Positions 28,224 through 42,734 of a stretch of DNA of 64,000 nt are shown in pieces. Source of the DNA: Laetmonice hystrix (Eukaryota); contig OZ249436.1 in the NCBI GenBank assembly GCA_965235115.1, positions 51,028,001-51,092,000 of the forward strand, written 5' to 3'. Positions within the stretch are counted from its first letter, which is position 1, and each line of letters begins with the position of its first letter. A program made the translations under genes and the position numbers. The notes beneath the pieces are model-generated. The model did no database searches and was not told the DNA's origin. It saw nothing but the letters and a program-made list of their open reading frames with translations.

Positions 28224-29811
28224 GTGAGTTGTGGACTCTGTGATCACCGACCACTTTTTTTACCAATCATTCTTCACAGGTGACCCCAAATAACAGGTGC
28301 GCCGATTCTCTGTACACAGGGGTCCAATGATCCAAGGATCCGCACCGCCTGCATAGAAACCGAAAGCTTGGACATATTTCATTTCATAAAGCAACACGTG
28401 TGTCAATAAACACTTCATAATTTGCGTCACGCTATCCAATCTAAGGTAATTCATGTACAGCAGGGTGGGAGCAGGGCTCTAAGGCCCACCGGTTGTCCTT
28501 GTACGAGCAGCTGCCCTTTGAACTGACAGATCTGCCTTTAAGAAATGGGCAGCTCGGAACCACGGTTTGCCCTCCGCCCTCCCTAACTACCACGACCAAT
28601 TTCAGACTGCGTGTTGCCCTGTCACAGTTAGTGGCGAGGTCGCTGGGCAGTCACGAGTCGTGGATGGGGAGCAATTGTCGACCAAAGCACACAGCGATCG
28701 ACGTGGTCTGGGTACTCAGCACAGCCGCTTGATGGCGCTGTGTACAACATGCAGCAGTCGTACCCTGTTACAAGACTCACTGCTCATCTCCGTCATGCGT
28801 AGCAAGAAATATTTTCTTTAAATGTCATTTTTGATTCTCTGTTCCGATAACTATGGCAGGGTCTGGGTCTTGCACAGAATGGGTCGTGAAGGAGGAGGAA
28901 AGTAGTGTGGTGGAGAACGAGGAGGCGGGAAGGAGTGCGCCTTGGTCCAAGGGTTAAATGTTAAATGCGAGGGAGTGCATGACTTGAGGTGGAGGTGGCA
29001 GGGGGAGGGGAGACACCAGGCTATAAGTCCCGTTATCTGCTGGGTGACACTCACAGTAATCCCTCAAACTATCTCAGTCCCTCTGACACGGACACCAACC
29101 TCTGCACAATATGACACATGATTGTGTGGCTGACTGCCGCCAACACGGCCTGTCGGGGTAGGTTTGAGCGATTGGTTTCGGCCAGTTGGCACATCATTCA
29201 TGCCATCCATTGTCTGACCAGACAGTGTGCCCATGATAATGTCACACGAGCTTTAAATGGAGCTCAGAGAACAATTATTGTAAGATACACAAGCAGATCT
29301 CCCTAATCGTCAATGTCAAAAGGTCACTGCAGAAGGTTAGGAATTATCCTTGGAGAAGCATTTTCTTTCTTTCTTACTGTCTTTCTTTATTTATCTATCT
29401 ATCTATTAAACGCAAATGACCGATGCAATGATCCTCTCAATAAGAAACCGGAGATAGGTACCCCAGTAGTATAGGTGCTATATGCCAAGACCTTCAGAAA
29501 AAGTTTGGGTAACACTTCAAGAAGTACGTTTTCTCTGCAGAGCCCATCGAAGCTTTTGCCTTGGGTGATATTCGAGTTTCATGGAATAAATCTTTATTTA
29601 ACATCCATGAATTATTTTTTTCGGTTGTCTGTGTATTACTGACAACTTTTCTGCATGACTCATTACCCTAAATCTTAGTTTAGTAACATATGACCATAAT
29701 TGACTTATTTTTAGCCGAAATAGCTTTCATTTTGAAAGAATTTCTAACTTTGATGGCTTCTTAATCGGCGAATATTTTAATTAGGGCTATCAAATTTTTG
29801 CAAAATATCCC

Positions 29812-31514
29812 CATGGATTACGACCCGTGAGTTGGCGAGGTCGTCACTGTTCTAAGTAAACAAATGATGTCCCGCATGGATTACAACCTGTGAGTTAGTG
29901 AGGTCAGGTCACGGTTCTAAGTAAACAAATGATGTCCCGCATGGATTACGACCTGTGAGTTGGTGAGGTCAGGTCACGGTTCTAAGTAAACAAATGATGT
30001 CCATGGATTACGACCCGTGAGTTGGTGAGGTCAGGGGCATGGTTCTAAGTAAACAAATGATGTCCCGCATGGATTACGACCTGTGAGTTGGTGAGGTCAG
30101 GTCACGGTTCTAAGTAAACAAATGATGTCCATGGATTACGACCTGTGAGTTGGTGAGGTCAGGTCACGGTTCTAAGTAAACAAATGATGTCCCGCATGGA
30201 TTACAACCTGTGAGTTGGCGAGGTCAGGTCACGGTTCTAAGTAAACAAATGATGTCCATGGATTACGACCTGTGAGTTGGTGAGGTCAGGTCACGGTTCT
30301 AAGTAAACACATGATGTCTCGCATGGATTACGACCCGTGAGTTGGTGAGGTCAGGTCACGGTTCTAAGTAAACAAATGATGTCCCGCATGGATTACGACC
30401 CGTGAGTTGGTGAGGTCAGGTCACGGTTCTAAGTAAACAAATGATAGTCCGCATGGATTACAACCCGTGAGTTGGTGAGGTCAGGTCACGGTTCTAAGTA
30501 AACAAATGATGTCCATGGATTACGATCTGTGAGTTGGTGAGGTCAGGTCACGGTTCTAAGTAAACAAATGATGTCCCGCATGGATTACGACCCGTGAGTT
30601 GGTGAGGTCAGGTCACGGTTCTAAGTAAACAAATGATAGTCCGCATGGATTACAACCTGTGAGTTGGTGAGGTCAGGTCACGGTTCTAAGTAAACAAATG
30701 ATGTCCCGCATGGATTACGACCTGTGAGTTGGTGAGGTCAGGTCACGGTTCTAAGTAAACAAATGATGTCCCGCATGGATTACGACCTGTGAGTTGGTGA
30801 GGTCAGGTCACGGTTCTAAGTAAACAAATGATGTCCCGCATGGATTACGACCCGTGAGTTGGTGAGGTCAGGTCACGGTTCTAAGTAAACAAATGATGTC
30901 CCGCATGGATTACGACCTGTGAGTTGGTGAGGTCAGGTCACGGTTCTAAGTAAACAAATGATGTCCCGCATGGATTACGACCCGTGAGTTGGTGAGGTCA
31001 GGTCACGGTTCTAAGTAAACAAATGTTGTCCCGCATGGATTACGACCTGTGAGTTGGTGAGGTCAGGTCACGGTTCTAAGTAAACAAATGATGTCCATGG
31101 ATTACGACCTGTGAGTTGGTGAGGTCAGGTCACGGTTCTAAGTAAACAAATGTTGTCCCGCATGGATTACAACCTGTGAGTTGGCGAGGTCAGGTCACGG
31201 TTCTAAGTAAACAAATGATGTCCATGGATTACGACCTGTGAGTTGGTGAGGTCAGGTCACGGTTCTAAGTAAACAAATGATGTCCCGCATGGATTACGAC
31301 CCGTGAGTTGGTGAGGTCAGGTCACGGTTCTAAGTAAACAAATGATGTCCATGGATTACGACCTGTGAGTTGGTGAGGTCAGGTCACGGTTCTAAGTAAA
31401 CAAATGTTGTCCCGCATGGATTACGACCCGTGAGTTGGTGAGGTCAGGTCACGGTTCTAAGTAAACAAATGATGTACCGCATGGATTGCGACCCGTGAGT
31501 TGGTGAGGTCAGGT
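29812..31514. repeat. 62/65-bp minisatellite, ~26 copies
   Basis: Unit catggattacgacccgtgagttggtgaggtcaggtcacggttctaagtaaacaaatgatgtc(ccg). Confidence 0.97.
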
Positions 31515-32466
31515 CCAAGCTGACCTTCAATCTCATCCAATGGCCCGGACATTCGCAGCGAATCAAACCTCCTGACAAATCAGCCCTGGTTTCTTCCAGC
31601 AAAACTGAACGCCGCGATAATGTATTGGCTGTTTTGGAGGCATAAGCTACCAATCTAATGACTGGTGTTGTTTTCGTTCAATGATTGGTGTTGTTTTCGT
31701 TCATATCATCCCCTAAATGAGATCTACTTTGAAGTTAAAGGCTTCCTATCATATAGGAGATGTTGTAGACTGTATTTTGGCCCTAAATGTGGATCCTACC
31801 TGAATAAAAGACCTGTAAAAATCATTAATAAGGATCACCATCCTGATACGATCTGTGGGCGCATCATCTTGTGAAGAAGAAGTAAATCATTGACACGAAA
31901 ATCTCCACTCCAAACACGCAATCAGTCGACGGATTCCGTGAGCCGAGGTTATAAGGGCGTCACTAACGTCGGCACTGACGCCACTTCACAGAGAATAGAT
32001 GCCCGTATAACTAACTTCAAAACACGCCAGGTACCAGGTGATTGGGGTGAAGATAGACTTGTCACGACACAGTCATCAGGCAAGCTTGTATTCCAAAGAT
32101 TCTATCCCGTGGGGGGATACTTCCACGTCACAAACGGAAACGGGAGGGGCTCCGAGCAAGGCCTCGCAGTGCAGGTCGATGGAATGGTAGAACGATCAGT
32201 CAGTTATCTGATCGCGGACTGTCAATCGCTAACTATAATAGGCCGTTCACATGCGTGGAAGCAACGTAAAGGCCAATTCTGGAAATTGAACCATGCATTC
32301 AAAACAAGGAGATGAAAAAAAGAAGATAATGCTGAGGGATTGCTTCATGCACGCGTCCAAGTATAGGGTCGTACCTGTTGACGCTCTCTGGCTTTGCGAA
32401 CGTGCAGCTTTCCTCCTAACTTTTCCCTGACCTGAACACGGCATGTCGGAACGGTCAGATTTTTAA

Positions 32467-32993
32467 AGGGGCATATTATGAGGAAACGTTAAAAATCGGT
32501 ATTTCATAGAACTTTTGCTGTTTTCATAAAGAGATCCTTCATTAAAATTGCTTGGTAAACAAAGACAGACTTATCAGTTTCATTTTGCGTGAGAAATCGA
32601 AGTTTATTAAGCTCCCTAGCCCGCTTCTCTGCCGATTTCGTAAAATATTTTTGGGTGGCATTCTGATGCCGGGCGATCGAGTGCCACTGCTGAATTGTTT
32701 ACAACTAAGCAAAGCACGTGACTAAGCACATGCAGAGAGTGCACACACAGGATGTGACACAGTATGCAATTACACGGGTTGATGGGAGGTTGTCCGCCAA
32801 ATTATGGCGGGAGATGTGCTATCGGGAGAAATCTATAGGTTTGGTCGTATAGAACCTACTTGTGCTGCATAAGCAGCGAAAACACGTCGGAGGACAAAAT
32901 GCTGTGGTAGGATTATTTACTTGGATCCCTAGTACACGGTCATGTTGGATAATTGCCGGAAATCCTCAAAAAGGTGTTTCATAGCATGCCCCT
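32467..32993. mobile_element. Kolobok-like non-autonomous DNA transposon
   Basis: TTAA|aggggcatattatga ... tcatagcatgcccct|TTAA. TTAA TSD with purine-purine termini fits Kolobok rather than piggyBac (CCY termini). Confidence 0.75.
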
Positions 32994-35900
32994 TTAAAAT
33001 GGAGGGGCAAGCCTTCCCCACTATACAGAGGAACAGTCATGAAGGACATCATTCTGGCATAATCGTGGTCGATCTAATAAAATATTGTGCTCATTTAAAG
33101 GCCAGCAGTTTGGGTGCTAACAGTGCTGTAGACGAAGTCTGGGGTGTTTACGACGCGCGATAAAACACACCATCAACCAGCTGTTTCTCCCTGCACATGC
33201 AATGATAGAATGTCAGACCTTTCTCACGCTGTGGTACTTACCCATGTAGTCCAGTTATTGCCCCATTAATTATGGTCTCCTTCATGTAGATATTGCTGAC
33301 TCAAGGGTCTAACATAAAGACTCAGACAGAAAAATGTGTTCAGGAAATTAGGTAGGTGTCAAACGTGTAAGATAAAACACACTAGACTGGCTGAAACAGT
33401 TACGTCTAGACAGAAGTCTTCAGGTCAAATATGGACACACACCTGGGCATTATTCATTGAGCCTGGTGAATTATGGTGGCGACTGATGCAGTATTCTACC
33501 AATATAGTGCTGGTAGAGAGCGCCAGATGTAAGTAAGGCGCAGTGTAGTTAAGTAGGCCTATAAAACATTGTAATGACCTTTTGTAAAAGGTCATTACAA
33601 GTCGATAAAAAGGTCGGCGACTTAATAGTGTGTCGAGTAACTTTTATGGCCGATGGATCAGAAAGATTCAGGTCGAAGGTTCCTCTTTTCTCTTTTTCAA
33701 CATCGAGTTTCGCCCCAAAAATGTAACGTGCCTCCGAATCTGGAAACAAGGAACTTCAAGGTCGTCGGTAAACAAACCGTTCTCAATGCGTGTCGGGTTG
33801 TAGTTCCGGCGCCGTGTTCCGTTTTAACTCGCGCTCAAGGCAGTCGCTGCTTTTAGAAGAAACTAAAGCTTTCGGTGAAGATCCCATTTGTCGGTACGTG
33901 TAGTAACGACTGCTGTTACTCACTAACAAGATCGTCTTGCCCACTTGGGGACTGGGGTTGTCAATTATAGGGTGTAGGCAATGCTCAAACAAGATTTGTC
34001 CACTGGTGTTTTGACAAAAAGACCACTTCTCTTCAATCTCCTTTGGTAACGTTCACTCTTGTGGGCAAAAGCGCAGGGAGACGTTTCAGTTGTTGGTGCC
34101 TTTCACGAAGTTTGAGGCCCAGAGATGGCATGCATATATACGTGATCCAGCGACAGATAATTATGAAGAGACCATCTTTTGATCCTCACTTGGAAATTCA
34201 GACCTTAGAAGGTCACAGGTTTTGTTTACCGTCTTCGATTTTAAGATAAACGGAGTTACCAGTTCTGTAAATTTCCTAATAAAGATATGAAAAAACGTCA
34301 AGAATTACATATGTAATCAAACGAAATGCCAACGTTAATATAAAATATGCATATTAGGCTCAAGATAAGGAATCATTATTGTCTTCTAAATGGTATCACA
34401 AAGAACTCTGTTAGCATGCTACGTGAAGTAAAAAAGGTTTGTTACTTATGGAAAACATATACCTGTACATTATACAACCACGTCTGGTGCTGTATAATGG
34501 TATTCCACAGCATGCAATGCCACAAAAGGCTGATTTTAATTAAGCGAAGAGGTCTGGGTAGCTCTAACGACGGGAAAACCTCCAGGCTCGTTTCTATGCT
34601 GGGCACCACACTCCCTGGAAGTCATGAATAATTTACTATTTCCTTATGCAATACATTAATCAATAATACAGCGATTAATGTCAGGAAATTACATTGCCTT
34701 GAACGACCTTTCTATCAAAATACTGGTCATAAACTATAACTTCATAATCGTCGGAAATAATTAACTCTTGACAGTGCACCAAATTACACCGAGTAAGGTC
34801 GCTAATTAATTATTTCTGTATTAAAAACTGGGAAAGGTAAAATACTATTGTGACAGGGTTGTTCTTGATGGAGCCCTTGGAATCTTCTTCTACTAAAATA
34901 AAGTTTTGTTTATTTTTGGAGAATTTGTCTAACATGCCATATTTACTCTCTTTTTTGAGCCTCCGTTCCTCTTTTCCATCTTCGTGACAAGGAATAATAT
35001 TGATGTGACATCAGAAATGTCGTTACAATATGCCATGTCTGTGCGATTATTGACAAAAGTTCGATCCCTTGCTCGAGCTCCATGTGATCTGTCAAGCCGT
35101 CGGCGATAGGGGAGGGATCCCTGGTGAAGTGACGATTACTTCAGCAAACCACAAAATTAATGGTGCCTTTTATACCTATAGCTCTAGACGCCATTGTAAA
35201 CCTATACCTTGATGAAGCCAGTCTAACATTGTTAACGCTAACATACATTGAGATATCGAAGACATCAACAACCGCAACAGGTCATACTATTACGTACCTA
35301 ATCGTAACGATTTCATTTAGTTGCTAAGGTGCTAAGATATCTAACGAATAAATTCTCTCCTCAAACTACCCAGACATCATGATGATGTGTCACGCCATGT
35401 ACCCGTTCATTCTAACACCGATATGCTTCCTGGCGGGATTTTTTTTTATTCTTCTGACAGAATATCTTTCAGTATGACAGAACAACTTGTACGAGATCAT
35501 TGGCTGTCGACCAGATTTTGAGTTAACCTAATGTGACGTCCTTTCAGCACAGATGGCATGGTGTTGCAATCGTTTGTCTCATGGCGAGTCAATATTTCGC
35601 CTGGCATGTTGCCGAGGCTGGCGCCTGGGAGTTAGTTCTGGTTGGCAATGTTTACTCTTCACTCACTCTACCAGCCAACACTCTGGGGAACGCTACGTGG
35701 AAACCATCATGAAAGGTCAATTATCAAGTTTTTATATTCATGGCACATTTTGTGGCTTTTCGGCTCATTACTAAAGTATTTAAGAACCAAGTGATCCATT
35801 TCAATCTCCCCTAGAGATTTATTTTCTATCCAGCTCATAGATGGATTGTAAAATATGTTACAAATTATTTATGACATTTCTACAAAACGTAGCCAATGTT

Positions 35901-36302
35901 GAAACACAATCTTGTAAAAATGGATCCAGGTATGCAGAGGTGAATTAGATTGACGCCCCACACGGGAGACTGTGTATGAAAGCCTCAGACACGATATCAA
36001 AATCAATGGGTTGAAACCAAGAGGCTGCAGGGGGCATTGAACGAGTCGGGACATCCACAGTGGCCTGTATTCAGAATGGTCCATGGGAATGACAGACATG
36101 CATTGGATGAGACGCAAACCACATGAATTGGAAGCGTGCGGAATATATCATGGCATAGGCATGTCAACATCCATAATGTCGAAACATTTCCAATATGCTA
36201 AGTTCTGCTCATAGAAGCTGCGTTCGAATCTATGTCATAGATGACTAGGCTATTGTATTAGTCTAATGCCCAGCGCCCTTAATACATGACTTAATACATA
36301 TA

Positions 36303-38010
36303 TTTTCATATACTACTCACACTGGCACCGTCTGCTAAATAAAATAACCAATTTCATATACTACTCACACTGGCACTGTCTGCTAAATAAAAATACCATT
36401 TTCATATACTACTCACACTGGCACTGTCTGCTAAATAATGTAACCATTTTACACTGGCACTGTCTGCTAAATAAAATAATCATTTTCATATACTACTCAC
36501 CTTGGCACTATCTGCTAAATAAAATAACAATTTTCATATACTACTCACACTGGCACCGTCTGCTAAATAATATAACCATTTCCATATACTACTCACACTG
36601 GCAGTGTCTGCTAAATAAAATAACCATTTTTATATACTACTCACACTGGCACTGTCTGCTAAATAAAATAACCATTTTTATATACTACTCACACTGGCAC
36701 CGTCTGCTAAATAAAATAACCATTTTTATATACTACTCACACTGGCACCGTCTGCTAAATAAAATAACCATTTCTATATACTACTCACACTGGCACTGTC
36801 TGCTAAATAATATAACGATTTCCATATACTACTCACACTGGGACTGTCTGCTAAATAAAATAGCCATTTCTATATACTACTCACACTGGCACCGTCTGCT
36901 AAATAATATAACCATTTTCATATACTACTCACACTGGCACCGTCTGCTAAATAAAATAACCATTTTTATATACTACTCACACTGGCACTGTCTGCTAAAT
37001 AAAATAACCATTTCTATATACTACTCACACTGGCACTGTCTGCTAAATAATATAACGATTTCCATATACTACTCACACTGGGACTGTCTGCTAAATAAAA
37101 TAACCATTTTTATATACTACTCACACTGGCACCGTCTGCTAAATAAAATAACAATTTTCATATACTACTCACACTGGCACCGTCTGCTAAATAAAATAAC
37201 CATTTTTATATACTACTCACACTGGGACTGTCTGCTAAATAATATAACGATTTCTATATACTACTCACACTGGCACTGTCTGCTAAATAATATAACCAGT
37301 TCCATATACTACTCACACTGGGACTGTCTGCTAAATAAAATAACCATTTTTATATACTACTCACACTGGCACTGTCTGCTAAATAAAATAACCAGTTCCA
37401 TATACTACTCACACTAGCACTGTCTGCTAACTAATATAACCATTTCCATATACTTCTCACACTGGCCACACTGGCACCGTCTGCTAAATAATATAACGAT
37501 TTCCATATACTACTCACACTGGCACTGTCTGCTAAATAGAATAACCATTTTTATATACTACTCACACTGGCACGGTCTGCTAAATAATATAACCAGTTCC
37601 ATATACTACTCACACTGGGACTGTCTGCTAAATAAAATAACCATTTTCATATACTACTCACACTGGCACTGTCTGCAAAATAATATAACCATTTCCATAT
37701 ACTACTTACACCGGCACTGTCTGCTAAATAATATAACCATTTCCATATACTACTCACACTGGCACCGTCTGCTAAATAATATAACCATTTCCATATACAT
37801 GTACTACTCACACTGGCACGGTCTGCTAAATAATATAACCAGTTCCTTACTACTCACACTGGCACTGTCTGCAAAATAATATAACCATTTCCATATACTA
37901 GTTACACCGGCACTGTCTGCTAAATAATATAACCAGTTCCATATATACTACTCACACTGGCACCGTCTGCTAAATAATATAACCATTTCCATATACTACT
38001 TACATTGGCA
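36303..38010. repeat. 48-bp AT-rich minisatellite, ~35 copies; relic units at ~38862-38940
   Basis: Unit ttttcatatactactcacactggcaccgtctgctaaataaaataacca. Confidence 0.97.
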
Positions 38011-38024
38011 CAGCTGTGCAGGTC

Positions 38025-38452
38025 TTAACTGACAGCTGGTTTAAACTGACAAAAGTTGTCAGTTTAGATCCAGGTCTAAACTGACAAATAATGATTACTA
38101 GCCGCTGGAATGGTAATCACTAATTTGAACTGATTCAGGAGATGACAGCTCCGAACCATAATTGCTCTCTGTGAAAGGCACTATAGAAATAAAGGTTCGA
38201 CTTCATGATTTTCTAATAATATTGTTCTTACAGGTATTTCAAACATTTTGTTAAATGCTACACACAAAACAACAAAATATGCACTGTCAATATTTTTGAT
38301 TATTGTAAGAAACAATGCAGGCTACAGTCCTGTCATGGGGAATCAGTTCCTATTAGTGATTATCATTCCAGCACTATAGTGATCATTATTTGTCAGTTTA
38401 GACCTGGATCTAAACTGACAACTGTTGTCAGATTAAAGCAGTTGTCAGTTAA
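38025..38452. mobile_element. MITE/foldback element with ~100-bp imperfect TIRs
   Basis: ttaactgaca...gtcagtttagatccaggtctaaactgacaaataatgat...aatcactaat mirrored by attagtgatt...atcattatttgtcagtttagacctggatctaaactgac...tgtcagttaa. Confidence 0.85.
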
Positions 38453-41039
38453 AGTGCAACTGACATCACATAGGTAACTTTACTGATCTAGATAGATCAC
38501 TTTGAGTTGTAGCTGTATTCCCAATAGGTTTTCTGAGAAGTCCTCTCAATTTAGAAAAATACTGAAAATTCGAATCTCGCCTATTCTTTACCATTGCCCC
38601 TGATGACGTCACTAGGGGAATTGGTCTTTAAAACGGCTTACACACAGTTCATATTCTTGTACAATAACCGCTCCTTGAAGTTAAACAACAACAAATTACA
38701 TGTATCATCAGGATCTGGCACTAAATTTCATATAAATTTTGATGTCTGTTTGACTTTAAGACCTGTACAACTGCTCTTATTCTGGATGAAGGAGTTTCTA
38801 CCTGGCTGATATCGCTAAGAGAGATCCCTTATTGTGGCAAGAATCGTCAGTTATTAATTAAATCATTTTCATATACTACTCACACTGGTACACTACTCAC
38901 ACTAGTACAGTTGACACCTAACTACCATTTCCATAAACTACTTATGTTTGGACCCGAGGAACGTTTCATTTAGCACTAATTGCGCTGATGTTTATTTATT
39001 TTTATATGCTACTTATTTCACTTCGATAGTAGGCCTACCGCTTTTTAAAGGTGGCAATTTACGTTATAGGTACGTGAGTGCTGATTAAAGGTTAATTAAT
39101 CATCCATAATTTATCAATACGTCGTAAGTAGTAAAAATGTGTAATAACGATGCTTACTGAAAAAAGTAATTTGCCTCAGTGTGTACCCCCTGAAATGTCA
39201 AGGGTGTATTTTCATACGGTACCTTATCTCGATCGGTAATGTACTGTTTTCTCAAAGCTAGACTGCTGGAGGAGAATGAAAACATGTAATATAATATCCT
39301 AGCAACAGGCTGTAACAAATAGATCCACTCTATCAGTTTGGATCAGAAAGATTTATGGAGTGTGTGGCATGCATGATGAAAAATACATTATCGAAAGGAA
39401 AACTATATATCAAGTAGTGACCATTGATTTTGTCGGTAATATGTAGAACAGAGTAGGCTCTCTGTTAGTGTCAGTGTATCGAGATAAGAATAGCAATCAG
39501 CTTAGCCTCGTCTGATTTTATTCCGAGGGCTCTCGTGTACGGAAATGTCTTATCTGATCCCGGCTGCCATATGAGACACCTACATAAATCACTCTATTCC
39601 CACTCGGCCTACGCAGCCAGAAAGATTGGGAAAGTAGCCAGATATTAAATCCTTTATCGGGTGTATCTATGGACTCAGTACCTAAATTAATTATTCAAAC
39701 AGGAGCCTGAGAGAAAACGTGAGCTTGATCATGAAGTTCTAAATCCCTGGATCTTGGGGTTTCTGGGTCTGTAGTTGCTAGAGACCAGCTGTGAAGGTAA
39801 GTCGGGGAGGTGGGGGAGGAGGTGGGGGGGGGGTGCCATTGTGACATCAGGACCCGTTTTAGACGCACTTTGTAATCAGGTGCACCAGTTTGTGACGTCA
39901 GGTGCCCCATTTCTATACTCAGATGCAGGTTCTCAATGTTCGTGACAAGCGATTGATACCAGTGTGGCTTCACAGAGTCCATTTTGAGTGAAGCTTTTAA
40001 TTATGAGCCTGAAAGGAAGCCTTAAAGTGGCTCGAGCGTGGGAGTCCCTGGGCAGTCAGGGGCAGGGGACAGTCTCTGCCCCAGCCACGAATCTACAATG
40101 TGTATTCATTCCACTGGTCATGGCCGTATGGGGCAAAACGACGTGTGCTGAATGGGGCCTCAGGCAGTCGGTAATCACAAGCGGCCAACCAGTGCGCAGG
40201 TTGAGTCTGCAGTGGCGCTCCAGCTCAATTGCTGAATCCTAAAGCTGGCCAGAATTCCCTAAATACCAGTTCTTGATTTAAACCAGGGGGTAATAAGGGG
40301 GTTCTGTACTGCTGATACAATCTTGAGATATGCCTCGGATGCATCGGAAATGTATTCAAATAACTTCAGATTTTCCCCCAAAAATTGCTTTTTCTTTAGC
40401 CGAAAGGAAAGCTACGGAAGTGATGAGACTGTGATAGTAACGGTAATATGACCATGTATACATGGAATCGAGACCATTAACCTGCCAATTCGACGGATGA
40501 CGGAAATGCGTTGGTCAGCGAATTTTTCTTTTGGCTTACAATGTTTATTCATGTCTCTTCACCGGCAAAACGGGGGAATGAGGACAAAGACTTAATGAAT
40601 GCCTACATGTCGTGTATGGAAACAATTTGGGTGTGTACCGTTAAAACAGTCTATATGGGACAGGTGTATCCCACCTTGACCCACAAAGGCCGATAGTGAT
40701 CGATCATAGAGGTAAAGTATGTTCATGCTATGCACGGTTCAGGTGCCAGGGGGAGTGCGCAGAGGGTGTGCGCAGGGCAACCTACAGGGGGTGCTAGCGG
40801 GTAGGATGGGGTGGAAAACACTGGCCTTGACCTCATGCCGCCCCCGGCTACATTTATAGCTACATGGTCGGTCTGTGGAATGCTGACGGACCTTGTTCCA
40901 TTGAGTATGACTGAGTCTGAGTTTTGATTCTAAGAAATTAACCGTAATTATGAATTGAAGTATTGGATCTCAATACTTTTGTGGGAATGCGATTCTACTG
41001 AGAGCTCTTTCAAGGAAGTCCTGGACCCAATCCTGATTT

Positions 41040-42680
41040 ATTGTGACTGATTTTAGTACAGTGTGTGTGTGGGGGGGGGGGGGGGGGTTGAATAGGTGAT
41101 GTAATGATAGTGTGGAGATATTGTGACTGATGTAGGTACAGTGTGGGTGTGTGAATAGGTGATGTAATGATGGTGTGGAGATATTGTGACTGATGTTAGT
41201 ACAGTGGGGGGGGGGGGGGGTGAATATGTGATGTAATGATAGTGTGGAGATATTGTGACTGATGTTAGTACAGTGTGGGGGTGTGAATAGGTGATGTAAT
41301 GATGGTGTGGAGATATTGTGACTGATGTTAGTACAGTGTGGGGGTTTGAATAGGTGATGTAATGATAGTGTGGAGATATTGTGACTGATGTTAGTACAGT
41401 GTGGGGGGTTTGAATAGGTGATGTAATGATAGTGTGGAGATATTGTGACTGATGTTAGTACAGTGGGGGGTGAATAGGTGATGTAATGATAGTGTGGAGA
41501 TATTGTGACTGATGTTAGTACAGTGTGGGGGGTTTGAATAGGTGATGTAATGATCGTGTGGAGATATTGTGACTGATGTTAGTACAGTGTGGGGGTTTGA
41601 AGAGGTGATGTAATGATCGTGTGGAGATATTGTGACTGATGTTAGTACAGTGTGGGGGTTTGAATAGGTGATGTAATGATGGTGTGGAGATATTGTGACT
41701 GATGTTAGTACAGTGTGGGGGGTTTGAATAGGTGATGTAATGATAGTGTGGAGATATTGTGACTGATGTTAGTACAGTGTGGGGGGTTTGAATAGGTGAT
41801 GTAATGATCGTGTGGAGATATTGTGACTGATGTTAGTACAGCGTGGGGGTTTGAATAGGTGATGTAATGATGGTGTGGAGATATTGTGACTGATGTTAGT
41901 ACAGTGTGGGGGGTTTGAATAGGTGATGTAATGATAGTGTGGAGATATTGTGACTGATGTTAGTACAGTGTGGGGGTTTGAATAGGTGATGTAATGATGG
42001 TGTGGAGATATTGTGACTGATGTTAGTACAGTGTGGGGGTTTGAATAGGTGATGTAATGATGGTGTGGAGATATTGTGACTGATGTTAGTACAGTGTGGG
42101 GGGTTTGAATAGGTGATGTAATGATGGTGTGGAGATATTGTGACTGATGTAAATACAGTGTGTGTGTGGGGGGGGGGGTGAATAGGTGATGTAATGATAG
42201 TGTGGAGATATTGTGACTGATGTTAGTACAGTGGGGGGTGAATAGGTGATGTAATGATAGTGTGGAGATATTGTGACTGATGTTAGTACAGTGTGGGGGG
42301 TTTGAATAGGTGATGTAATGATGGTGTGGAGATATTGTGACTGATGTTAGTACAGTGGGGGGTGAATAGGTGATGTAATGATGGTGTGGAGATATTGTGA
42401 CTGATGTTAGTACAGTGGGTGTTGAATAGGTGATGTAATGATAGTGTGGAGATATTGTGACTGATGTTAGTACAGTGTGGGAGTTTGAATAGGTGATGTA
42501 ATGATGGTGTGGAGATATTGTGACTGATGTTAGTACAGTGGGGGTTGAATAGGTGATGTAATGATGGTGTGGAGATATTGTGACTGATGTTAGTACAGTG
42601 GGGGGTGAATAGGTGATGTAATGATAGTGTGGAGATATTGTGACTAATGTAAATACAGTGTGGGGGTGTGAATAGGTGAT
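41040..42680. repeat. ~60-64-bp G/T-rich minisatellite, ~26 copies, variable G-run
   Basis: Unit gaataggtgatgtaatgatagtgtggagatattgtgactgatgttagtacagtgtgggggttt. Confidence 0.97.
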
Positions 42681-42734
42681 AATAGTTTTGTGGTGATGAT
42701 GTACCTTTCTCACAAAGCGTTCATCTGATTACAG

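Noticed and set aside
39730..39802. Consensus donor AAG|GTAAGT at 39797 as a third first exon
   Set aside because: The phase-2 frame needed to join exon 42735 has TGA immediately before the donor; no supporting ORF.
41769..42713. 314-aa His/Thr-rich ORF on - strand
   Set aside because: Translation of a variable-length minisatellite with frame switching.
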